A stretch of 64,000 nt of DNA. Source: Alphaproteobacteria bacterium UBA3773 (GTDB lineage Bacteria > Pseudomonadota > Alphaproteobacteria > RF32 > CAG-239). The position numbers and the translations under genes were made by a program. Below are positions 48,629-57,400 of the stretch, piece after piece (position 1 is the stretch's first letter; each line of letters begins with the position of its first letter). The DNA lies in the NCBI GenBank assembly GCA_002372275.1, contig DFFP01000025.1, forward strand, positions 2,157-66,156, read 5' to 3'. The notes beneath the pieces were generated by a model. The model saw only the letters and a program-made list of their open reading frames with translations, did no database searches and was not told the origin of the DNA.

Positions 48629-49390
48629 TTATTGTAAAGGCGGAATGTTGAGCTGAGCAATGGCTCCCGGACGAATTTTAACGCTTGAATAACGCATGTT
48701 GCCCGTTTCAATTACAAAACGTTGACGCCCTGTGAGCTGCGAAGCTAAATCATAAAAATCGCGACCGTTTAATTCTTGACGTTGGGGATTCATGACGTAT
48801 AAAACACACCCTTGCATTTTTTCGGAAACACCGCAGCGCGCACGTCCCTTCGGGACTTCAGGGTTAATCACAACGCCTTGCAAGCCGTTTTGGACGACTT
48901 GATCGCCACCTTTAAAGAAAAGTGCGCCGATAAAAACACCGACAAACAAGCAAAGAAGCGCAATCCAAAGAACTTTCTTTTTTTCTATGGTGCCGTATAA
49001 ATATGAAGAAGATGAGGCGTAAGCTGTTTGATCGGTTTGATTGTAGGCATAAGGGTCATCCTGCACATAATTTTCTTGAGGGGCATATGTGTTTTGAGCG
49101 TTCATTTGAGGCTCATAGTATTGCGGGACATTTGCGCTCATCTGAATGTTTTGTGTATCAGACGGTTCGGCCGATTCGTAGGTAAAAGGGGTGTTATCAT
49201 ATGAGGCATAGTTTTGAGCGTTTTGATCATTGCCTTGCATATCATATGAGGGATTTTGAGGAGCTTGAGAATAGATGTTGGGCGCGCTTTCGGTGCTGAT
49301 CGGTGTGGCATGTTGTTTCGGACGTTTGATTTTTCTTAAACGTCTGTTGCCAACGATTATTTCATCACCTTGATTATAATTTTCAGGCAT
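48629..49390 (-). CDS. Bitopic membrane protein: Q/N/Y/P-rich N-terminus, one TM segment, about 90-aa C-terminal domain
   Basis: AAGGAG Shine-Dalgarno sequence. Low-complexity N-terminal half (QNPSYDMQGNDQNAQNYASYDN...). TM segment VLWIALLCLFVGVFIGALFF. Last gene of the secretin operon. Confidence 0.6.
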   Translation of the reverse strand: MPENYNQGDEIIVGNRRLRKIKRPKQHATPISTESAPNIYSQAPQNPSYDMQGNDQNAQNYASYDNTPFTYESAEPSDTQNIQMSANVPQYYEPQMNAQNTYAPQENYVQDDPYAYNQTDQTAYASSSSYLYGTIEKKKVLWIALLCLFVGVFIGALFFKGGDQVVQNGLQGVVINPEVPKGRARCGVSEKMQGCVLYVMNPQRQELNGRDFYDLASQLTGRQRFVIETGNMRYSSVKIRPGAIAQLNIPPLQ

Positions 49391-49401
49391 CTTTTTCTCC
49401 T

Positions 49402-50649
49402 TTATAAATTGTTCTGTATCATGGCAGATGTTTTCATTGTTTTAATCAGGCGGGGAACCATGAAAACAACTGTTTCGGATTTGGGTTCTTTTTGACCGAA
49501 TAATTCGCCCGGCAACCCGATAATCATAAAGTTTTCGCCAAGTTCATTTCGAACGGAAAAATGTGTGAGTTGACCATCTGTTTTTTCAAGCGTGATGTCA
49601 GATGAAATATGATTATCGGCTTCAACAGAGGCTTTGGCCAAAACGGAAAGTTCCGATTCGGGGCAGGCCATGACACCGCATTTTCCGACATCAAAACGAG
49701 ATAACCATTGATTGGGGACAATAAATTTGCCCTCTGAAACAACTTGGACATTGGCTTTAGAGCCTAAAAACTTTTGAAGCGTTTTGATGTTGATGTCGTT
49801 TGTTGTGGTTAACACGCGACCGATCACACCTGTTTGTGCCGTTGTGATGCTGCCGAAATGAAATTCATCTAAAAGTGCTTTCCACTCGACATCGCACCCG
49901 TCAAACGGCGTGATTTTGAAAACACTGACATCATAAGCAACAAGTATAGGATTTTCTTCAAAGTATTCAATTAGTCTGGATATTTTGTTTTTTAATTCCA
50001 TATCCGCATTAAATGTGACGGAATATTCTGCCCAGTTGGTTGTGATGTTGGTTAAACCGGCACCGCGCAAAACATCTAAAAGCCCTAAAAGAATCGGGCG
50101 TGTTTTCGGAACATAAACAACGTGATCGGCGCGGCGAGATAACGTCATCAGCTTTTTGTCGGCATCGTATGAGTAAAAAACACCGGCAGCTTCGGTCATC
50201 ATGTTCACAATATCGGTTAGTTCGCCTTTTAAATCTTCGCCGGAAATGGAAGCATAGGGCGCATCCTTGGCTGTTAAGGTGATTCCGGCTTCTTTTGTTA
50301 ATTTGACAAGCGCTTGTTCCACAGGCATGGTTTCAAACGTAAAACCGGTGACTTCAAGTTTCGGTAAATCATCGGAGACCTTAACGGGCATAATCTTAAA
50401 TGCCGTGTTGTTAAAAGGAAGCGTTAAAATCATTTGCTGTGTTTCGCTGTTAATATTACAACGAAGGGGCGTTTCTAAATCAAGCGCATTGGCACCGTCA
50501 GGGGTGCGAATGGACATTTCATGCGGTTTTTCAATTTTAACATTAAGTTTTGAATAACTGTCATCTGCTATTTGAGCTTCACTTGGGGCAGTTGTGTGAC
50601 AAGCTGCTAAAAAACTCAAACATAAGAAACTTTCAAACAAACGTTTCAT
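49402..50649 (-). CDS. Short secretin-family outer-membrane lipoprotein
   Basis: Lipobox FLAAC. N0/secretin-N-like PVEQALVKLTKEAGITLTAKD...AAGVFYSYDADKKLMTLS. Secretin-core-like C-terminal half ending FMIIGLPGELFGQKEPKSETVVFMVPRLI. ATGA start/stop overlap with the upstream gene. Confidence 0.6.
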   Translation of the reverse strand: MKRLFESFLCLSFLAACHTTAPSEAQIADDSYSKLNVKIEKPHEMSIRTPDGANALDLETPLRCNINSETQQMILTLPFNNTAFKIMPVKVSDDLPKLEVTGFTFETMPVEQALVKLTKEAGITLTAKDAPYASISGEDLKGELTDIVNMMTEAAGVFYSYDADKKLMTLSRRADHVVYVPKTRPILLGLLDVLRGAGLTNITTNWAEYSVTFNADMELKNKISRLIEYFEENPILVAYDVSVFKITPFDGCDVEWKALLDEFHFGSITTAQTGVIGRVLTTTNDINIKTLQKFLGSKANVQVVSEGKFIVPNQWLSRFDVGKCGVMACPESELSVLAKASVEADNHISSDITLEKTDGQLTHFSVRNELGENFMIIGLPGELFGQKEPKSETVVFMVPRLIKTMKTSAMIQNNL

Positions 50650-51155
50650 TTATTGTCTCCCGTATCTTCAAAGGTCGGCATATTTTCTGCCTGACCGCTC
50701 TCTTTTAATAGTTTGTTGACGACATCATCGATGTTCATACCGGCACCGGCCGTCGGATCATCTGTTTTGCTGAATTCGCCTAAAGCATCTTTCATTTTAG
50801 AAATTTCGTTCGGATCTTGTTTTAATTTGTCGGGTGATGTGTTGCTTTCAAGTTCTTGCTGGTAAACAGCTAAATTTTGTTGCAATGCATTGATTCCGCC
50901 GGCAATCTTGCGCTCAACATAAGGGTATAAGGCCGGTTTTGCTAAAATATAATTTCCGGTGTCGCAAATTTCTTCTAAAACATCTAATACGTAACCGTAA
51001 AAAGGATATTCTTCTAATGCGATATTTCCCATACGAATACAACGTGCGGCAATACGCGAAATGGTGCGCTCGTAATAATCTCTTAAAAGAAGATAATTAT
51101 CAATGTGCCAGATATCTTCTTTTGTGACGACGGATGAATTTTCATTTTGTTCCAT
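50646..51155 (-). CDS. Hypothetical soluble protein (169 aa) in the secretin operon
   Basis: AGAGGA Shine-Dalgarno sequence. No TM segment or signal peptide. Acidic C-terminus. Translationally coupled to the secretin gene. Confidence 0.55.
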   Translation of the reverse strand: MEQNENSSVVTKEDIWHIDNYLLLRDYYERTISRIAARCIRMGNIALEEYPFYGYVLDVLEEICDTGNYILAKPALYPYVERKIAGGINALQQNLAVYQQELESNTSPDKLKQDPNEISKMKDALGEFSKTDDPTAGAGMNIDDVVNKLLKESGQAENMPTFEDTGDNK

Positions 51156-51215
51156 GTTATTTTCCTCTTACGGTTCTAAAATAAACGAGTATCAATCATT
51201 TGTAAATGACTTTTT

Positions 51216-53279
51216 TTATGCTTTATCCTCTTTGTTGTCGCTGTTAAGCTGATTGACAAGAGAATCGGTGTTTTCCTGATTTTGATCTGCAAACTGTGCA
51301 AGTAGTGCATCTGTATCCATTGCGTCTTCAGGCGCAGATGTGTTGCCATTATAGTTATCAGCAAACTCTGCAAGCAGGGCGTCACTGTCTAAGTTTTCAT
51401 CAGAGACCGGTATATTTTGATCATCAGGGTAAGAAAACTGACTTAACAGAGAGTCGGTATTATCGTTATTTTGATCAGTATATTGCGCAAGAAGAGCGTC
51501 ACTGTCTAACGCTTCATCTGAGGCCGGTAGATTTGGATCATTTTGAGAAGCAAATTGATCTGCAAAGTTCAGATTATCGTTATTTTGATCAGCATATTGT
51601 GCAAGCAGTGCGTCACTGTCTAACACTTCATCTGAGGCTGGTAGATTTGGATCATTTTGAGAAGCAAATTGATCTGCAAAGTCCGGATTATCGTTATTTT
51701 GATCGGCATATTGTGCAAGAAGAGCGTCACTGTCTAACACTTCATCTGAGGCCGGTAGATTTGGATCATTTTGAGAAGCAAATTGATCTAAAAGATTATC
51801 CATATGATCTGTTTCACTTGAAAAAGGCGTATCTGTTTGATCAGGGTTTTGATTGATTTGGGTGTCATAGTTGAATTGCTCGTCCGGTAAAGAGGAGTCT
51901 GATGTGATGTTGTAAGAATCACTTGCAGTATCATAAGAATTGATATCACTTGTCGTATCTTTATAAGGTAATGGATCTTGAGGGGCTACATCAGATGTGT
52001 TTGTCTCTTGGGGTAAAATTGTATCCGATGGCTCTTCAACATATTCCCATTCACTGTCATCATCGGAATCATCATCGGAATCTTCAATATACTCCCAATC
52101 CCAATCTTCATCGTTGTTGGAAGAATTTGAAAGTTGTTCCGTATTTTGTACATTAGAAGAGAATTCTGAATTTGTGGGCTGATTTTTTTCTTCAATCGGT
52201 GGTAAATCGTTGAGATCAGATTTTAAGGTTTCTGTTTGTGAATGGTCATTTAAGGACACAGGCGTGTCTGTAAAATCATCAAGCGAAACAGGTGTTTGGT
52301 CTATTTCAGGTACTGTGTTTTTTTCAGAAGACGATTTAAGCGTTGTGAAAATCTTTTTTGTTAAATTAAAAATGCTGTTTTTTGTTTCAGAACCTGTTTC
52401 TGAAACACTCGAATTTTCTTTTGTTTTTTCTTTTAAATCGGTCGATTTTTGATTATCGGAATGATTTGTTGCCGATATGGAAGAATCTTGTTTATTGTTA
52501 TCCTTATTCTTTTCTTTCTTGTCTTTTTTATCTTTTTTCTTATTTTTTTCGTTCTTTTTATTTTCGAGCGCGCTTTCTTCTTCGATTTCTTTTTCAACTT
52601 TTTCTTCAATCGGATCTGAAGCAACTTGCTTGTCTTGTATGATATCTTTTTCTTGTTCATCTTCCGGTTTCGGCGTTGGTTTGTTTTCCGGCTCATCTAA
52701 AACAGGGTTTATGTTTTTTTCAGCTGCAACGGTTTGCACGGCGACAGCTTGGGCACTTAATGCTTCTTTTAAGGTGTTTGCAATATTTTCTTGAGAACGC
52801 ACCATCATTTCAAAGAGCATTTCCATATCTTTAGCATGTTGAAGCTCGTTTTGTTTTAAAATACTTAAAATATCGCTGCTGATGGCATTACTGCTTGCAC
52901 TCACTTCAGGATTTTGAACATTTTGTTTGATATTGGATTCTTTTTCTTTGGTTTTCACAGATGATTGAAAGTTATGATCAACTGATGGTTTGGCCAAATC
53001 ATAGTTTTTGAAAGATGATTGAGTGTGTTTTTGATTTTCTTTTTCTTCAAGGTTTGCAATATGGTCAATTAAAATTGATCCGCCGGGCAGTGTGCTCAGT
53101 AAAATGCGTATGTTAGATGGAAGCTCTAATAATGAATCATCGAACTCTTTTTTTCTTTTATCGTTAAAAATATGAATTTGATGGAAAATATTAAGGTATC
53201 TTTGAGCAACTAAAATGGGATCTTCGTTGCCTTCATGGGTCCCCGTAAATTCTGCATCCTGGTTTAATTCATCTGACAT
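51216..53279 (-). CDS. Large, highly acidic low-complexity protein with C-terminal 38-aa tandem repeats
   Basis: 687 aa. About 100-aa ordered N-terminal domain (ILVAQRYLNIFHQIHIFNDKRKKEF...), Lys-rich patch (NKKKDKKDKKEKNK), Asp/Glu/Asn/Ser-rich middle, and repeats DQFASQNDPNLPASDEVLDSDALLAQYADQNNDN. Confidence 0.7.
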   Translation of the reverse strand: MSDELNQDAEFTGTHEGNEDPILVAQRYLNIFHQIHIFNDKRKKEFDDSLLELPSNIRILLSTLPGGSILIDHIANLEEKENQKHTQSSFKNYDLAKPSVDHNFQSSVKTKEKESNIKQNVQNPEVSASSNAISSDILSILKQNELQHAKDMEMLFEMMVRSQENIANTLKEALSAQAVAVQTVAAEKNINPVLDEPENKPTPKPEDEQEKDIIQDKQVASDPIEEKVEKEIEEESALENKKNEKNKKKDKKDKKEKNKDNNKQDSSISATNHSDNQKSTDLKEKTKENSSVSETGSETKNSIFNLTKKIFTTLKSSSEKNTVPEIDQTPVSLDDFTDTPVSLNDHSQTETLKSDLNDLPPIEEKNQPTNSEFSSNVQNTEQLSNSSNNDEDWDWEYIEDSDDDSDDDSEWEYVEEPSDTILPQETNTSDVAPQDPLPYKDTTSDINSYDTASDSYNITSDSSLPDEQFNYDTQINQNPDQTDTPFSSETDHMDNLLDQFASQNDPNLPASDEVLDSDALLAQYADQNNDNPDFADQFASQNDPNLPASDEVLDSDALLAQYADQNNDNLNFADQFASQNDPNLPASDEALDSDALLAQYTDQNNDNTDSLLSQFSYPDDQNIPVSDENLDSDALLAEFADNYNGNTSAPEDAMDTDALLAQFADQNQENTDSLVNQLNSDNKEDKA
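51453..51788 (-). repeat. In-frame 114-bp tandem repeat (three near-identical copies, with degenerate copies continuing to about 51219)
   Basis: The DNA repeats with a 114-nt period (gcgtcactgtctaac...gatcattttgagaagcaaattgatctgcaaag...). It encodes three 36-38-aa units plus two degenerate DSDALLA(Q/E)(Y/F)AD units. Confidence 0.85.
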
Positions 53280-53362
53280 ATTGATTTGCCTTTAAAATAT
53301 AGCTTAAGCCCTACATGACAAGCATATTAGTGAAATAAGGGTAAATTTCAAGTTAATATTAT

Positions 53363-53393
53363 AAAAAAAACACCTGTGAAAAGGTGTTTTTTT
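53363..53393. terminator. Hairpin terminator after the XRE regulator gene
   Basis: aaaaaaaacacct-gtgaaa-aggtgttttttt lies directly 3' of the stop at 53398 and is flanked by A and T runs. Confidence 0.55.
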
Positions 53394-53397
53394 ATCT

Positions 53398-54375
53398 TTA
53401 TAAGTCAATGGCAACTACTTTGTGTAAGTTTGTCAGATTGCTGTTGTCTATTTCAATTTTTTCATCCGGATTGAAACGCAAGCCGTAAAGCTGTCCTTTC
53501 TCATCTTCTCGGATACAAATAAACATTGCCTCTTCTTCTGAAATGTAATACAACGCAATGTCTCCGACGCTGACGGATTCTTGCGGATCAATAAATAACA
53601 CAGCACGATTGGAAAGAATATTGCCAAGTCTTCTGGTACATAAATTGACGGCATAGGCATCACGCTTGTTCATTAAACGGAAAGGACAAACAACTTCTTT
53701 GGCTTCTTCATCATCCATATCAATCAAAATATTTCCGTTGCTTGAAGGAGTTCCGAATACTTTCATTAACGGCATTTCACCCGTATAAACACCATACATG
53801 GAAACATGGCTGCCTTTCGGGGTGGCAAGAGATTTGTATTTAGCGTCTGTTTTTTCCATAATCTCATTGAGCTCGCCGGCGTCTTTTAATTTTTGAATTT
53901 CTGATTTTAAGGCATCAGGAGCTAAAGAAAGGGCTTTAGCGATATTTTTAAATTCTTTGTCGGATACTTCACGTTGGCCCATCTCAATACGGTGATAAAC
54001 AGATAATGTCATATCGGCGTTTTCGGCAACTTCAATAAGCGTTAAATCACGAATTGTTCTTAAACGGCGCAAAGCTGCACCTAAAACTTTTAAGCCGGCA
54101 TCTGTGTTGATTTTGTTACGTCTTTCTTGTTCACGACGCCAACTTTGAACAACTTCTTCTTTGGAGTTTTGTTCGTTAACATATAAATCTTGCAAAGAGC
54201 AATTTGTAAGCTCGGCAACGGAAATCAGTTGTTCCTGGCTTAAACGGCGATAACCCTTTTCAATTTTGGAAACAGCAGATAAACTGACACCTAAATGGTC
54301 GGCCAAAGCTTGCATTGAAACGCCTTTTCTCTTTCTTTGGAGCCTAATCTGATTTGGAAAAATAATCTCTTCCAT
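53398..54375 (-). CDS. Dual-HTH XRE-family transcriptional regulator with degenerate S24/LexA-like C-terminal domain
   Basis: HTH1: IRLQRKRKGVSMQALADHLGVSLSAVSKIEKG. HTH2: LRRLRTIRDLTLIEVAENADMTLSVYHRIEMG. The C-terminal beta-rich domain has GDIALYY where S24 proteins have GDIV, but no GDSM Ser or obvious Lys. Confidence 0.75.
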   Translation of the reverse strand: MEEIIFPNQIRLQRKRKGVSMQALADHLGVSLSAVSKIEKGYRRLSQEQLISVAELTNCSLQDLYVNEQNSKEEVVQSWRREQERRNKINTDAGLKVLGAALRRLRTIRDLTLIEVAENADMTLSVYHRIEMGQREVSDKEFKNIAKALSLAPDALKSEIQKLKDAGELNEIMEKTDAKYKSLATPKGSHVSMYGVYTGEMPLMKVFGTPSSNGNILIDMDDEEAKEVVCPFRLMNKRDAYAVNLCTRRLGNILSNRAVLFIDPQESVSVGDIALYYISEEEAMFICIREDEKGQLYGLRFNPDEKIEIDNSNLTNLHKVVAIDL

Positions 54376-54407
54376 AACAACCTCTTTATGACATTAAAAA
54401 CTAACTC

Positions 54408-54435
54408 ATATTAACATTTGTCAAAAAATATGCAA
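54408..54435 (-). promoter_or_regulatory. Sigma70-like promoter for the XRE regulator
   Basis: Minus strand TTGCAT (54435-54430), 16-nt spacer, TAATAT (54413-54408). AGAGG Shine-Dalgarno sequence before the ATG at 54375. Confidence 0.35.
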
Positions 54436-54479
54436 GACAAAACTCAAGAAAGTAAACAAAAAATCATAAATATAAAATT

Positions 54480-57400
54480 TTAGCTTCCAGAATCAGGATT
54501 TTCGTTTGTTCCTTCCCAGCGGCTTCTGTATTCTTCACGCTGTTGTTCTTCTTGTTCGCGACGTTGTTCTTCTTGTGCACGTTCTTCTTGATCAGAAATC
54601 GCAAAATTTAAAAATTCTTCTAAAGTTGTTTTTTCGTGCTTGTTTCTCTGATTCTTACGCTCATTTTCTTGTTTGGCAAAGGCAACGCGATCTTCATCCG
54701 TTAAACCCCACATGGCAGAATTTGGATCAATGGAGGGGGCAAATCGGCCAAGCTGACCGCCAAAGTTCATCAGGTTTTGAACACTGCTGTTACGCACAAA
54801 TCGCTCATCGAAATTGTAGTGTGAAACAGCCTCTTTCCCCTCTTGTTTGGTCGTGGTACGCCGGACAACACCATTGTCGGTAATTTGTGTAATATTACCG
54901 TTTTTATCGGCCGTTCGCATGTGTATGAGCATTTGTCCGTTGAGAATTTCGCTGGTAACTACGGTTTGAGAACCATCGTTATTTATTTGTGTGATAATGG
55001 TTTTGCCGTCTTGATGAATGGTTTCGCGCGATTGAAATGAATTGGCAATATCCATATGCCTGTCTTTCATCACGGTGTGCATAATAGCCTCGTTCACCAG
55101 TTCTTGGGATAATCCGGTGTTTTGTCTTAAGTTTTCAATTAATGACATATTCAGTCTTCCGTCACGCTGAACAATATACTTATCGGCATCCGTTTTGAAA
55201 GCAAAATCGCGATGGACAATGTTGCCGTTTTGGTCTGTGACATTGCGAACTGCAAAAAATTGATCTTTTTGAACTGTATCTTGGAATTTGGGCGCACCTG
55301 ACAAATCTGTTTGATGATGTGCCCCGTAAGTGTTTGCAAAACTTTCAAGCTTGCTTCCTTTAGACGCAAGGGAGGCAAGGATTTTTGCTCTGAGAGATGC
55401 TGTGGATTTAGTCATCTCATATCCGCCAGCTGCGTTTTGCTTGATGTTCAGTGTTACTTGGCGTCCTCTTAAATTATGATGTGTGACATTAGCGCTGATG
55501 AGATTATGATTTTGATCAAACACTGTTTCGTTAAAGCCCCCGGAATGATTACGACGCGAAATCACCGTGTTTCCATCGGCATCGGTTGTTTTTTTAGCAA
55601 TCACTTCGCCTTTAGCATTGGTCATGGTGATGTTACCGTTTTCATCTTTATTGATGGTTCGTATAAGTTCACCGTTTTCGTTGAAAATTTGCTGTGTTTT
55701 TCCGTCGGCAGAGGTCGTTTGACTTTGACCGTTTTCAAGTTTCCCATTCAATAAATCTTCAACTTTTGCGGTGTTTGATAGGGTATTTGATAAACGTGCC
55801 TGATTAACTAAGCCTTGCGCGGCCCCTTTGATTTGTTCTTTAATACTGTGTTGTTGTTCGGAATATGAAAATGAGCCGTCTTTGTTGAGCATGGCAAAGC
55901 GCGTTGTTTTATGTGGGTTTAATTGATCAAAAAGTTTGTTTCCTTTGCCTTGACCGACATCTAATTTGTACCCGATAATATTGCCTTGATCATCTTTAAT
56001 GGCCTCACCGTTCTTTTTGACATTTTCCATCTTTTTTGCTATTCGGCGATTGCGGATAGGTGTGCCGATATAATAGCCACCTGCTGCCCAGCCGAATTTG
56101 CCTAGCTCTTTGCCTATGCCTAAGACGCCGCCGGAGCGTTTACCCGTTTCTTCATCTTTACCGCCTAAAGCTACTCTTTCAGCCGCTTGGGCAAAGAAAC
56201 CGCCTGTTTTACGGCCAATATCTAAATCCGGCGCTTTGGCAAATTCACCGGCTAATTTTGTTCCGTTATCTAAAAAGACCCAGCCGAGTAAACATATGGT
56301 CATTAGTTTAATAAAATTTACACCCCAAAAAGCAAGGCCCGTGAGCGGACTGACGATTTTTTTATAATCCGTAGCGTACGCATCAAGGCCTGAAAGGAGA
56401 TCTTGCGTGGCTTGCAAAATGATGTATAGAATAATACTTAAGAAAACAAATTGGAACATGGCGTTCATAAAGTAATCCCATATTTTTTTGAGGTATGAGG
56501 CTTGTTTTGGAAAGGCCCATGCACCAATGGCTGCCGGCATTAAGGCAGAGGCAATGGCCATGTTTAAGACGCAATCAATCAAGCACCATGGAAACGCCAA
56601 GACTAAAATCAGGCCGCCAATCATCAGAAGAAGACCGGTTAAGACATAGCCGGGGTTGGGGAGCATACCAAAAATAATTTTTTCGATGTACACGCCGATA
56701 CACACAACTTCTCTGCCGAATGCGACAATTTTCCAGACACCATCTTGCATGGTCTTGATGGCACATAAGATGTTTTGCCCCATGGAAACGGGCAGTGCGC
56801 CTTGTGATTTGTCGGTTAATTCTTTGTCATATCCCATTAAACCTTCCATATAAGAACCGGAACATTTGGTTTCAGTGGAAATGGTTTGAGCATAGGCCAT
56901 TCCTGTGTTGAAAACAGGGGCAAGAGTTAGTCTTAAAATATGAGCATAACTGACACGTAAAATCAAGACAACAAGCAAAACACGAAAGGCCTGAACAAGC
57001 CATTCTTGAATCATCTTTGAGGGTTTAACGGCTTGAAGTGCAGCAATATTTTTCAAAACAAATAAACCGGTCCAGAGCGCAAAGAAAATGACAACGACGA
57101 CCGCAATGCCGCCGGCTAATGTTTGATATGCTTTTTGTGCCAGACGACTTGCCGTGTTAAATAAAACCTTAAATATAGGACAAAAATAGCATTTGTCGCT
57201 ATCGGGCATATATTGGTGCCACTCACAGTCATTATTTGTTGTTTGAGCCATGCCTTCGCCTGCCGGAGTTTCGGTAATACCTGCCGCGTATGCAACACTT
57301 TTGCTTTGCTGAGCCGCGTCGCTTAAGGTTTCACGCGGTTCTCCCTCTTTTTTATCAAGACATTCTTCTGTTGAATAATCTTCAGATCCTCCGCCGCAAA

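Noticed and set aside
51453-51788. The tandem 114-bp repeats as a possible CRISPR array
   Set aside because: The repeats are contiguous without unique spacers, are in-frame within a long ORF, and no cas genes are present.
51296-52794. Several + strand ORFs (for example 51296..51856 at 186 aa, 52477..52794 at 105 aa) and other-frame minus-strand ORFs inside the acidic-protein gene
   Set aside because: They are mirror or alternate-frame readings of a low-complexity, repeat-rich coding region. The 687-aa minus-strand frame is the only one with an SD, an ordered N-terminal domain and operon context.
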